From positions 1,120,001-1,184,000 of the forward strand of contig OZ242320.1 in assembly GCA_965208125.1 (NCBI GenBank): DNA of 64,000 bases. Direction: 5' to 3'. A program made the translations under genes and the position numbers. The notes under the pieces were generated by a model, which made no database searches, was not told where the DNA came from, and worked only from the letters and a program-made list of their open reading frames with translations. Below are positions 10,355-18,254 of the stretch, piece after piece. Within the stretch, counting starts at the first letter, position 1; the number at the start of each line of letters is the position of its first letter. This DNA is from Candidatus Latescibacterota bacterium (lineage in GTDB: Bacteria; Latescibacterota; UBA2968).

Positions 10355-10630
10355 ATGCCTACTGATCAATCCCGCTATTCAGCCGAGGAAACAGCGCGGC
10401 GTGGCGATGAAATATACGAGCGGGCTATCCGTCCCCATGTGGAAACAACACACTATGGAAAAGTCGTTGCCATTGACATTGACACTGAAAGCTATATCAT
10501 TGCCGATAATGCCCTTGCTGCATCAGAGCGTCTCCTTAAGCAATACCCCAAAGCTGAAATCTGGTGCGTGCGCATTGGCCATCGAGCACTGCATCGTATT
10601 GGCGGACGCCCCCTGAAGAGGGTTCCATGA
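10355..10630 (+). CDS. Small hypothetical protein (DUF5678-like, usually paired with a clan AA aspartyl protease)
   Basis: ARRGDEIYE..IRP..E..HYGKVVAIDIDT..Y...RIG pattern; AGGAG RBS. Confidence 0.7.
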   Translation: MPTDQSRYSAEETARRGDEIYERAIRPHVETTHYGKVVAIDIDTESYIIADNALAASERLLKQYPKAEIWCVRIGHRALHRIGGRPLKRVP

Positions 10631-10671
10631 TCACGGGCATTGTCAATCCCCAAAAAATAAAATATCCATGA
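10627..10671 (+). pseudogene. N-terminal stub of a clan AA aspartyl protease (MITGIVNPQKIKYP*)
   Basis: ATGA overlap with the preceding stop; MITGxVN is the usual start of the aspartyl proteases that follow this small-protein family; stops after 14 codons. Confidence 0.5.
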
Positions 10672-11582
10672 ACTTCCCCACCCTCACACAGGCCCAGCGC
10701 ATTGACAGATTGGCACCGCCATCCGACAAAGTGCGCGTGGTGCTGGACACGGATACATATAACGAAGTCGATGATCAATTCGCCGTAGCACACGCGCTTT
10801 TATCCCCCGAGAAAATCTCGGTTGAAGCCATCTACGCCGCGCCCTTTCACAACCAGCGCTCCAACGGACCGGGCGACGGCATGGAACGAAGCTATGACGA
10901 AATCCTCCGCCTCCTCAACCGCTTAAATATCCCCGACAACAACCTCGTATTCCGCGGCTCCACAAACTACCTCACAGAACCAGACACACCGCAAGACAAC
11001 GACGCCGTGCGCGACCTCATCGACAGAGCCAGGGTATCTCATGACCCACTCTACGTTGCCGCCATAGGCGCCATAACCAATGTAGCCTCCGCCATCCTCC
11101 TCGAACCCGAAATCATCAAACGCATCATCGTCGTCTGGCTCGGCGGACACGAACATAACTGGCCCAACACCCTTGAATTTAACCTGCGACAAGATATCCT
11201 CGCCGCGCGCGTCATCTTCGACAGCGGCGTACCCCTCGTCCAGATCCCCTGTCGCAATGTCGCCTCTCACCTCCTCACCACATTGCCCGAACTCGAAACC
11301 TATGTAGCAGGCAAAAGCGCCATAGGCGACTTCCTCACCGAAACCGTTCGCGGCTACCACAAAGACCACTACGCATGGGCAAAAGAAATCTGGGACCTCT
11401 CAGCCACCGCTTATCTCGTCAACCCAAACTGGGTCACAACCCGACTGGTACACAGCCCCATACTCACCGATCAAATAACCTGGAGCCACGACCCCAATCG
11501 GCATTTCATGCGCGTAGCCACGCAACTCAACCGCAACGCCATCTTCGCTGACGTATTCAGAAAACTGGAAAGATCAGGTTAA
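10668..11582 (+). CDS. Inosine/uridine-preferring nucleoside hydrolase family protein
   Basis: VVLDTDTYNEVDDQFA, AIGAITNVASA, VWLGG, EFNLRQD and EIWD motifs. Confidence 0.92.
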   Translation: MNFPTLTQAQRIDRLAPPSDKVRVVLDTDTYNEVDDQFAVAHALLSPEKISVEAIYAAPFHNQRSNGPGDGMERSYDEILRLLNRLNIPDNNLVFRGSTNYLTEPDTPQDNDAVRDLIDRARVSHDPLYVAAIGAITNVASAILLEPEIIKRIIVVWLGGHEHNWPNTLEFNLRQDILAARVIFDSGVPLVQIPCRNVASHLLTTLPELETYVAGKSAIGDFLTETVRGYHKDHYAWAKEIWDLSATAYLVNPNWVTTRLVHSPILTDQITWSHDPNRHFMRVATQLNRNAIFADVFRKLERSG

Positions 11583-11625
11583 ACAGTATCATTCACCATA
11601 CACACCCCAACACAAGGAGTTTTAC

Positions 11626-12375
11626 ATGAGTGCAGCACTGGATTACGGAGTCCAAAGCTTTTGCTTTCGCTACTTCAAAGACAACGCCGACGTCGCCCAA
11701 AAAGTAAAAGACATCGGCCTCGACAAAATCGAAGTCTGCCAGGCCCACGCCGACTTCAAAAACCCCGACGCCTGGAAAGACATCGTCAAAACCTATAACG
11801 ACGCGGGCGTATCCGTCATCTCCATCGGCGTACAAACCTTCACGGGCGACCCCGCTGAAAAATCCTTCTTTGAATGCGCCGCCATCGCAGGCGCCAAACA
11901 CATCTCCTGCCACTTCCAGCTCGAATCCTATCCCAAAGCCATCACACAGGTACGCGCATGGAGCCAGGCATACGGCATACGCGCAGGCATACACTGTCAC
12001 GGCGGATATCACTTTGGCGGACAACCCGGCGTACTCAAACACCTCATCGGCCTCGGCGCGCCCGAAATCGGCCTGTGCATCGACACAGCCTGGGCCTTGC
12101 AAATTGGTCCTCGTCAGGGCAACCCCGTCAAATGGACAGAAGACTTCGCCGGACAAATCTACGGCGTCCACTACAAAGACTTCGTCTTTGACCCCAACGG
12201 CCAATGGCACGACACCGTTGTCGGCGAAGGCACGCTCGACCTCCCGGCCTTTGTCGCCGGCCTCGAAAAAGGCGGCTTTGACGGCATGGCCGTCATCGAA
12301 TACGAAGCCGACGTCGAAAACCCCGTACCCGCCCTGACCCGATGCGTCGAAACCATGCGCGCATTGGCCGGATAA
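11626..12375 (+). CDS. Sugar phosphate isomerase/epimerase family protein
   Basis: GIHCHG, LCIDTAW, GVHYKD, GEGTLD and VIEYE motifs; AAGGAG RBS. Confidence 0.88.
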   Translation: MSAALDYGVQSFCFRYFKDNADVAQKVKDIGLDKIEVCQAHADFKNPDAWKDIVKTYNDAGVSVISIGVQTFTGDPAEKSFFECAAIAGAKHISCHFQLESYPKAITQVRAWSQAYGIRAGIHCHGGYHFGGQPGVLKHLIGLGAPEIGLCIDTAWALQIGPRQGNPVKWTEDFAGQIYGVHYKDFVFDPNGQWHDTVVGEGTLDLPAFVAGLEKGGFDGMAVIEYEADVENPVPALTRCVETMRALAG

Positions 12376-12393
12376 TCGCGTCGATTTATCGAC

Positions 12394-12428
12394 AAAAAAA
12401 GAGCGAGCCTTTTTAGACTCGCTCTTTT
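12394..12428. terminator. Bidirectional rho-independent terminator
   Basis: AAAAAAAGAGCGAG-CCTTTTTAGA-CTCGCTCTTTT hairpin with A/T tails between convergent genes. Confidence 0.8.
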
Positions 12429-12459
12429 CATTACAGCAATCCTTAATCAAGACAAGCTC

Positions 12460-14235
12460 TCATTTTGAGCTGATCCCGTCCTTCTCCCCCTCCACCCACC
12501 TGCGATAAATATAATCGCCAGCCTGACTTTCCTCAATCCTCAACAATTCCATCATCTCACGGAAAATGTCTTGTTCTGTCTTTCCCACCGCGGGTTTCGA
12601 CGCGCTAAAACGCACCTGAACTCCTGCGCCCTCAAGGGTTGGAATGTGCGTATTGATTGATGTATCACTTAACGGGTTATCCCGTACATCAACCACATCT
12701 CCACGGGCCAATCCCGTATTTTCAACCAGGGGCGAAAGGTCTGAGATGTTGTTTTTGTCGAGCCACAGCCCTCTCAGGCTGGTCAAAACCGATAGGGGGG
12801 TAATATCCGAGATACTGTTCTCGGAAAGATCCAGCACTTCCAGAGTCGTCAAATCCGAAAGCGCAGACACATCCGAGATACTGTTCTCGGAAAGACCCAG
12901 CACTTCCAGCTTAGTCAAACTCGATAGAGGCGTGAGGTCCGAGATACCGTTACTGGCAAGACCCAACCATCCCAGATTAGTCAAACTCGATAGGGGCATG
13001 AGGTCCGAGATACTGTTGTTGGAAAGACCCAGTGCTTCCAGAGTCGTCAAACCCGATAGGGGCGTAATGTCCGAGATACTGTTCTCGAAAAGACCCAGCC
13101 ATTCCAGATTAGTCAAACTCGATAGAGGCGTGAGGTCCGAGATACTGTTCTCAGAAAGACCCAGCCATTCCAGATTAGTCAAACTCGATAGAGGCGTGAG
13201 GTCCGAGATACTATTGCCCACAAGACTCATCGCTTCCAGACTGTCCAAACCCGATAGGGGCGTAATGTCCGAGATACTGTTGCTGTCAAGCTCCAAATCT
13301 TCCAGATTCGCCAAACCCGATAGGGGCGTAATGTCCGAGATACTATTGCCGGCAAGACCCAGCACTTCCAGACTGTCCAAACCCGATAGGGGCGTAATGT
13401 CCGAGATACTATTGCCGGCAAGACCCAGCCCTTCCAGATTCGCTAAACTCGATAGGGGTGAAAGGTCCGAGATACTGTTGTCGGCAAGATACAGCCATTC
13501 CAGGCTGGTCAAACCCGATAGTGCAGACACTTCCGAGATACTGTTGTCAGAAAGACGCAGTATTTCCAAGCTGTCCAAACCCGATAGAGGTGAAAGATCC
13601 GAAACCCTGTTCTCAGAAAGATACAGCCTTTCCAAACTCGTCAAATCCGACAGAGGTGAAAGATCTGAAACCCTGTTCTCAGAAAGATACAGCCTTTCCA
13701 AACTCGTCAAATCCGACAGAGGTGAAAGATCCGAAACCCTATTGCTATTGACAAAACGCCCTGCTATTCTCTTAACACCCAAATCCAGCCTTGTCAGATG
13801 GGTGGCAAACTCAAGTCCAGTCAAATCCCTGATATTCGCATTCGGTGCCTCAAGGCGCGTCAAGGTCGCCATCTCATCCTGCGTGATCGGCGCTTCACTC
13901 GCCTTGCCGAGACTATCCTCAATAACAGCGCGCAGGTTCGCATCTGGAATGTCAACGGTCGGAGAAGATGGTACCTCTTTGCCAAAGCTACTGATAAAGA
14001 TCAGAAAATCGGAAAATTCAATTGCACCGTCGCTATCCAGATCAAACCTGGCTTCATACTTCTCGTCGCCCTGACGTGACCCAAAATGACTTACAAACGC
14101 CAAAAAGTCCGAAAAACTAACCTGACCATCCCCATCAAAGTCAGCAGAAGAAGGCATAGCGACTTGTGCCGACAAAGACAGCGGATAAATCAAAAGCGCG
14201 AGTGTTGAAAAAATAAACAGAATCCGTTTATGCAT
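12460..14235 (-). CDS. Secreted internalin-like LRR protein with N-terminal dockerin/EF-hand-like module
   Basis: Signal peptide; DFDGDGQVSFSDF...DLDSDGAIEFSDF; IPDANLRAVI cap; about 15 22-aa LRRs (NSISDITPLSGLTxLExLxL). Confidence 0.92.
   Translation of the reverse strand: MHKRILFIFSTLALLIYPLSLSAQVAMPSSADFDGDGQVSFSDFLAFVSHFGSRQGDEKYEARFDLDSDGAIEFSDFLIFISSFGKEVPSSPTVDIPDANLRAVIEDSLGKASEAPITQDEMATLTRLEAPNANIRDLTGLEFATHLTRLDLGVKRIAGRFVNSNRVSDLSPLSDLTSLERLYLSENRVSDLSPLSDLTSLERLYLSENRVSDLSPLSGLDSLEILRLSDNSISEVSALSGLTSLEWLYLADNSISDLSPLSSLANLEGLGLAGNSISDITPLSGLDSLEVLGLAGNSISDITPLSGLANLEDLELDSNSISDITPLSGLDSLEAMSLVGNSISDLTPLSSLTNLEWLGLSENSISDLTPLSSLTNLEWLGLFENSISDITPLSGLTTLEALGLSNNSISDLMPLSSLTNLGWLGLASNGISDLTPLSSLTKLEVLGLSENSISDVSALSDLTTLEVLDLSENSISDITPLSVLTSLRGLWLDKNNISDLSPLVENTGLARGDVVDVRDNPLSDTSINTHIPTLEGAGVQVRFSASKPAVGKTEQDIFREMMELLRIEESQAGDYIYRRWVEGEKDGISSK
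12740..13745. repeat. 66-bp tandem repeat array encoding LRRs
   Basis: Visible 66-nt periodicity (TCCGAGATACT recurs); units 13586-13651 and 13652-13717 differ by one base. Confidence 0.9.
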
Positions 14236-14256
14236 TAGTTTCTCCTATATTTATGT

Positions 14257-16497
14257 TTATGACAGCGTCTCCACCGCCTCAACAAGTGCCTCTGCCGTAA
14301 TCCCAAAATGTGCCCAGGTCGCTTCGAGACCTTCCGACGGTGCAATTCTCGGATCTGTAATCCCCACATGCACGTGGGCAATACTGCACGACGAACCCAC
14401 CAGGCCTGCAAACCCGCGCAAACCCGTCTCTGGCGTCCCAATTTTTCCATCTTCAATCGTCGCCACACCCTCGTAATTCCTCAGCACATCACTCAGCGCC
14501 CCATCGGGCAGCGGCAACCCATTGACCACATACACATCTGTCGGCTTGCCCTGCGCGAGCAAAACCTCGGCAGCCTCCGCACCCAAAAAAGCCGGCGCGC
14601 CAAAAGCCAGAATCGCATGCCTTGCCCCATCGTATTGGCGATACGTCGTAATCGGCTCCCACGCCTCTCCCGGATTCCACAAATGTCCCGATCCATCCTG
14701 CTTTTGCAAAACCGGCAAACCCGAATCGCGCGGCACCCCAATAATATGCCCGCCGTAATGCGCCGCCATATCCTTCACCGCCAAAAACGCCACGCGCGCA
14801 TCTGCCGGTGCGTAAAACCGGTGCAAATAGGGCAAATACGTCAACCCCACATTAATCCAATCAAGCCCCCAACCCGAAAAGTGGTCGCGCCCTGTACACG
14901 CACCCACATGAGAGAGATGAAACACCACATTAATCCCCTCATTCACCCCATTCAAATTGCGCTGATACTGCCACATATCAAACCCCTCGCGCGCAATACC
15001 CTCAAAAAACGCGGCAAAAGTCGAAACCACATTGAGTTGCGGCTCGTGCGAACTCATCGCCAGACCATTGGCAATAAGCGTTGCGGCTTGCTCTTCAATA
15101 CTCATCTCAAACTGGTGATCGTCTGACAGATGTGCCCGAGCAGCCGCCAATTTTGTCGAAGGATCCAAATCGCAACTCACCACAAACACGCGATCGGGAT
15201 GCGCCTCAGCCACCAGAGCATAAGCCGCGGCTGCACCATCGCGCGGACTCGCCTTCTCAGTCGGCAAATCAGCCGCCGCTGCCTTCCCCGCTGGAATCTC
15301 CAAATTCGCACTACCGGGTGCTGGCCGCGCCCTCGTAACAACCGTGCGCGACCCATTCTGCCGGAGTGTTGCAAGCGCCTCGCCCTGTTCAGCCGTCGCC
15401 TCAAACATCGCCCCACCGAGCACCTCTGCCTCAACGCGCCCCTGCATACTCCCATCGTGATGATTCTCTCCACCCGGCAAATCATTCACCAAAAACAAAC
15501 ACTCTATCATCGGCACTGTATCCCGAAAACTCATCAGCGACCCCGGGATCCACACCTGCTTATCCATCGGCACATCGTGTTGCGCGGCAAACGCCTCCAC
15601 CGCCTCGGTCACCCCATAGCGCTCGCCAAAAGTCCTCAGCGTCACATCCTCCCCCGAAAACCCCGTGGGATAAATCAGACTCGGCTTACCCTCCTGCGCG
15701 AGACCATACCCCTCTCGATAAGCCCGATAAAGCGCGGCATTATCGTGCAGCGACGCCACCTCCAAAACCTCCACACCCATCTCAGAAATAGCACTTCGCG
15801 GATCCACATCCATAATACTCGCCGTACTACCCGACAACTGAATGCCATTGCGGTGCATCACATAAGTAATCGGCGCCCCGTGTACACTCGCCCCATTAAA
15901 CCCATTGAGCCCCTGACCCGAAATCCACCCTGCATCCCCACAATGAGCAATCACCCACGCATCGTCACACAATGCCTTCTTGCCCAACGCCAGCCCCACA
16001 GCCACTGGAATCATCACCCCCAAACGCCCACCATTGAGCTGTGTTCCCCCCGGCAACCATGCCACATGCCCGGGAAAATCCAGACCGCGCCGAAACCTCT
16101 CGACAACGCCCTCTGCCCCCACAAAACCAAACGCCGCCAGCGCCGAATAATACCCGACACTCGTATGCGCGTGCTCAATCGTATAAGTACGCGTATCGTA
16201 ATCCGTCACAGACAGCGTCATCAACAACCCCGGGATCAATTCCAATCCCCCGCCCAGATGATCCAACTCCCCAATCTCTGCCAACGACGATAGTGCCCGA
16301 ATCGCCGTGCGTGCGCCCTCAATCTGCAACGCCGTCAATGCACGGTCTTCCACCTCGCCAAGCTCTTCGGTCGCCGCAATATCAATATGCAGACCCAAAA
16401 CATCGGACGCAATCTCATCTCCCAGAAATTGCGTATCCTTCAACAGCGTATCATTGCGCTGTCCCTGTTTCTCTGCCAACACCTTCATATTTGACAT
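14257..16497 (-). CDS. Transketolase-like ThDP-dependent enzyme (single chain, divergent)
   Basis: DHLGGGL, EHAH, FRRGLDFPGH, GRLG, GDA(x24)N-type ThDP motif, DLDPST, EMSIEEQ, STFAAF and GRDH; start set at MSNMK (GGAGAG upstream). Confidence 0.8.
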   Translation of the reverse strand: MSNMKVLAEKQGQRNDTLLKDTQFLGDEIASDVLGLHIDIAATEELGEVEDRALTALQIEGARTAIRALSSLAEIGELDHLGGGLELIPGLLMTLSVTDYDTRTYTIEHAHTSVGYYSALAAFGFVGAEGVVERFRRGLDFPGHVAWLPGGTQLNGGRLGVMIPVAVGLALGKKALCDDAWVIAHCGDAGWISGQGLNGFNGASVHGAPITYVMHRNGIQLSGSTASIMDVDPRSAISEMGVEVLEVASLHDNAALYRAYREGYGLAQEGKPSLIYPTGFSGEDVTLRTFGERYGVTEAVEAFAAQHDVPMDKQVWIPGSLMSFRDTVPMIECLFLVNDLPGGENHHDGSMQGRVEAEVLGGAMFEATAEQGEALATLRQNGSRTVVTRARPAPGSANLEIPAGKAAAADLPTEKASPRDGAAAAYALVAEAHPDRVFVVSCDLDPSTKLAAARAHLSDDHQFEMSIEEQAATLIANGLAMSSHEPQLNVVSTFAAFFEGIAREGFDMWQYQRNLNGVNEGINVVFHLSHVGACTGRDHFSGWGLDWINVGLTYLPYLHRFYAPADARVAFLAVKDMAAHYGGHIIGVPRDSGLPVLQKQDGSGHLWNPGEAWEPITTYRQYDGARHAILAFGAPAFLGAEAAEVLLAQGKPTDVYVVNGLPLPDGALSDVLRNYEGVATIEDGKIGTPETGLRGFAGLVGSSCSIAHVHVGITDPRIAPSEGLEATWAHFGITAEALVEAVETLS

Positions 16498-16655
16498 AAT
16501 CTCTCCCCAGCCAGTGATAATCAGATCGCCATACGGATTCACAATCCTAAAATAAACGTTCACCCCACAACAATCCAGAAAAATCCCATACACAAAATTC
16601 TGGCATCAATAGCAGGTCTATATTATGTTTCACACTTCAGATCCCCGATAGGTGC

Positions 16656-16681
16656 GGGCGACCACAGGGGGTCGCCCTTAC
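16656..16681. repeat. GTAG-family REP-like palindrome (family A)
   Basis: GGGCGACC-ACAGGG-GGTCGCCC-TTAC. Confidence 0.85.
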
Positions 16682-16713
16682 GGAAAATCTCACTTCCATC
16701 CAAGGAGTTCTCC

Positions 16714-17487
16714 ATGCCACACACCATGATCGCCGCGCAAATGTACACCGTGCGCGACTTCACCAAAACCATCTCAGACATCGTCGAATCCGTAAAAAAA
16801 GTAAAAGCCATTGGTTACGACGCCATGCAAGTCTCCGGCTTTGGTCCCATTGACCCCGCAGAACTAAAAAAAATCGCCGATGACAACGACATTGAAATCT
16901 GTGCCACACACACCGGCTTTGATCGCATGCGCGACGACACACAAGCCGTCATAGACGAACACCTCCTCTGGAACTGCAAATACCCCGCCATCGGCAGCCT
17001 TCCCGCGTCTTATCGGGAAGACGGCGAAGCCGGTTATATCCGCTTTGCCAAAGACGCCTCCGAAGTCGGCCACAAACTCGCCGACGCGGGCTTGACCTTT
17101 GCGTATCACAACCACAACTTTGAATTTCAAAAATTCGGCAACCGCACCGCCCTTGAAATTATCCTGCAAGAAACAGACCCCAAAGCGGTACAACTCGAAA
17201 TCGACGTATATTGGGTACAAGCAGGAGGGGGCGACCCCGCCCAATGGATCCGCAAAGCCAACACCCGCATAGACCTCGTCCACGTCAAAGACATGGCCAT
17301 TGAAGGCCGCGAAACGCGCTTTGCCGAAGTCGGCGAAGGCAACCTCAACTGGCCCGCCATCTTTGAAGCTGGCCGCGAATCCGGCACGCGCTGGTACATC
17401 GTCGAACAGGACCGCTGCTACGACCGCGACCCCTTCGACAGCCTCAAAATCAGCTACGACAACCTCCGAGCTATGGGTTTGTCTTGA
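16714..17487 (+). CDS. Sugar phosphate isomerase/epimerase family protein
   Basis: AQMYTVRD, YHNHNFEF, EIDVYW, VHVKD, EVGEGNL and IVEQD motifs; AAGGAG RBS. Confidence 0.92.
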   Translation: MPHTMIAAQMYTVRDFTKTISDIVESVKKVKAIGYDAMQVSGFGPIDPAELKKIADDNDIEICATHTGFDRMRDDTQAVIDEHLLWNCKYPAIGSLPASYREDGEAGYIRFAKDASEVGHKLADAGLTFAYHNHNFEFQKFGNRTALEIILQETDPKAVQLEIDVYWVQAGGGDPAQWIRKANTRIDLVHVKDMAIEGRETRFAEVGEGNLNWPAIFEAGRESGTRWYIVEQDRCYDRDPFDSLKISYDNLRAMGLS

Positions 17488-17493
17488 ATTATC

Positions 17494-17519
17494 GGGCGAC
17501 CACAGGGGGTCGCCCCTAC
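17494..17519. repeat. GTAG-family REP-like palindrome (family A)
   Basis: GGGCGACCACAGGGGGTCGCCCCTAC. Confidence 0.88.
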
Positions 17520-17558
17520 AATTAATATTATCACATCCGTTTTCACCCCGGAGCCCCC

Positions 17559-18068
17559 ATGCCTTACACAGATCACATAGAGCAGGCAAAAGACCCCGTC
17601 ACCTGCGCTGTACTCACCATCAGCGACACGCGCACCGAAGCCGATGACAAAAGCGGCAAAATTATAAAAGAACTGGTCGAAGCCGCCGGTCACAGCATCG
17701 CGTTTTACCGCGTCGTCAAAGACGAAGCCGACCAGATACGCGCGCTCATCAAACAAATCGCCCAAAAAGGCGAATGCCACGTCATCCTCACCAATGGCGG
17801 CACCGGCATAGCCGCGCGCGACACCACTTACGAAGCCGTCACAAGCCTCCTCGAAAAACGCCTCGACGGATTTGGCGAAGTATTTCGCTTTCTCTCCTGG
17901 GAAGACATCGGTTCTGGTGCCATGCTCTCGCGCGCCGTAGCAGGCGTGTACAAAGACACCATGATCTTCTGCATGCCGGGATCATCCGGAGCCGTGCAAC
18001 TCGCCATGGAAAAACTCATCGTCCCTGAGCTATCGCACCTCGTCTGGGAAATCTGGCGACAAAAATGA
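17559..18068 (+). CDS. moaB: Molybdenum cofactor biosynthesis protein MoaB/Mog
   Basis: VLTISDTR...DKSG, TNGGTG..RDTT, GFGEVFR, AMLSRA and MPGS motifs. Confidence 0.93.
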   Translation: MPYTDHIEQAKDPVTCAVLTISDTRTEADDKSGKIIKELVEAAGHSIAFYRVVKDEADQIRALIKQIAQKGECHVILTNGGTGIAARDTTYEAVTSLLEKRLDGFGEVFRFLSWEDIGSGAMLSRAVAGVYKDTMIFCMPGSSGAVQLAMEKLIVPELSHLVWEIWRQK

Positions 18069-18096
18069 ACGCGGATAAAAGGCGAGATACAACTGA

Positions 18097-18242
18097 GTGG
18101 TTCGTCAAATAAGTTTCATATCTAAACCCACTGGACTCCGGCCTGCGCCGAAGTGACGAACGGCGGTTGTCATTGCGGCATGGGGTTAGCCGCAATCCAG
18201 TCTATCAGAAAAATATATTAGCAAATTTTTTTAATAGACCAC
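18097..18242. mobile_element. Putative MITE carrying two family-B palindromes
   Basis: Imperfect terminal inverted repeats (GTGGTTCGTCAAATAA versus reverse-complemented GTGGTCTATTAAAAAA); CTGAG occurs at both ends (18093-18097, 18242-18246); internal CTGGA-stem-TGAC palindromes at 18131-18157 and 18169-18200. Confidence 0.5.
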
Positions 18243-18254
18243 TGAGGATATACT

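Noticed and set aside
12740-13745. Diversity-generating retroelement acting on the LRR repeats
   Set aside because: No reverse transcriptase in the window, no non-coding template copy, and differences are not adenine-specific by eye
12644-14074. 476-aa plus-strand ORF with repeats
   Set aside because: Antisense shadow of the LRR gene; its periodicity comes from the 66-bp repeats
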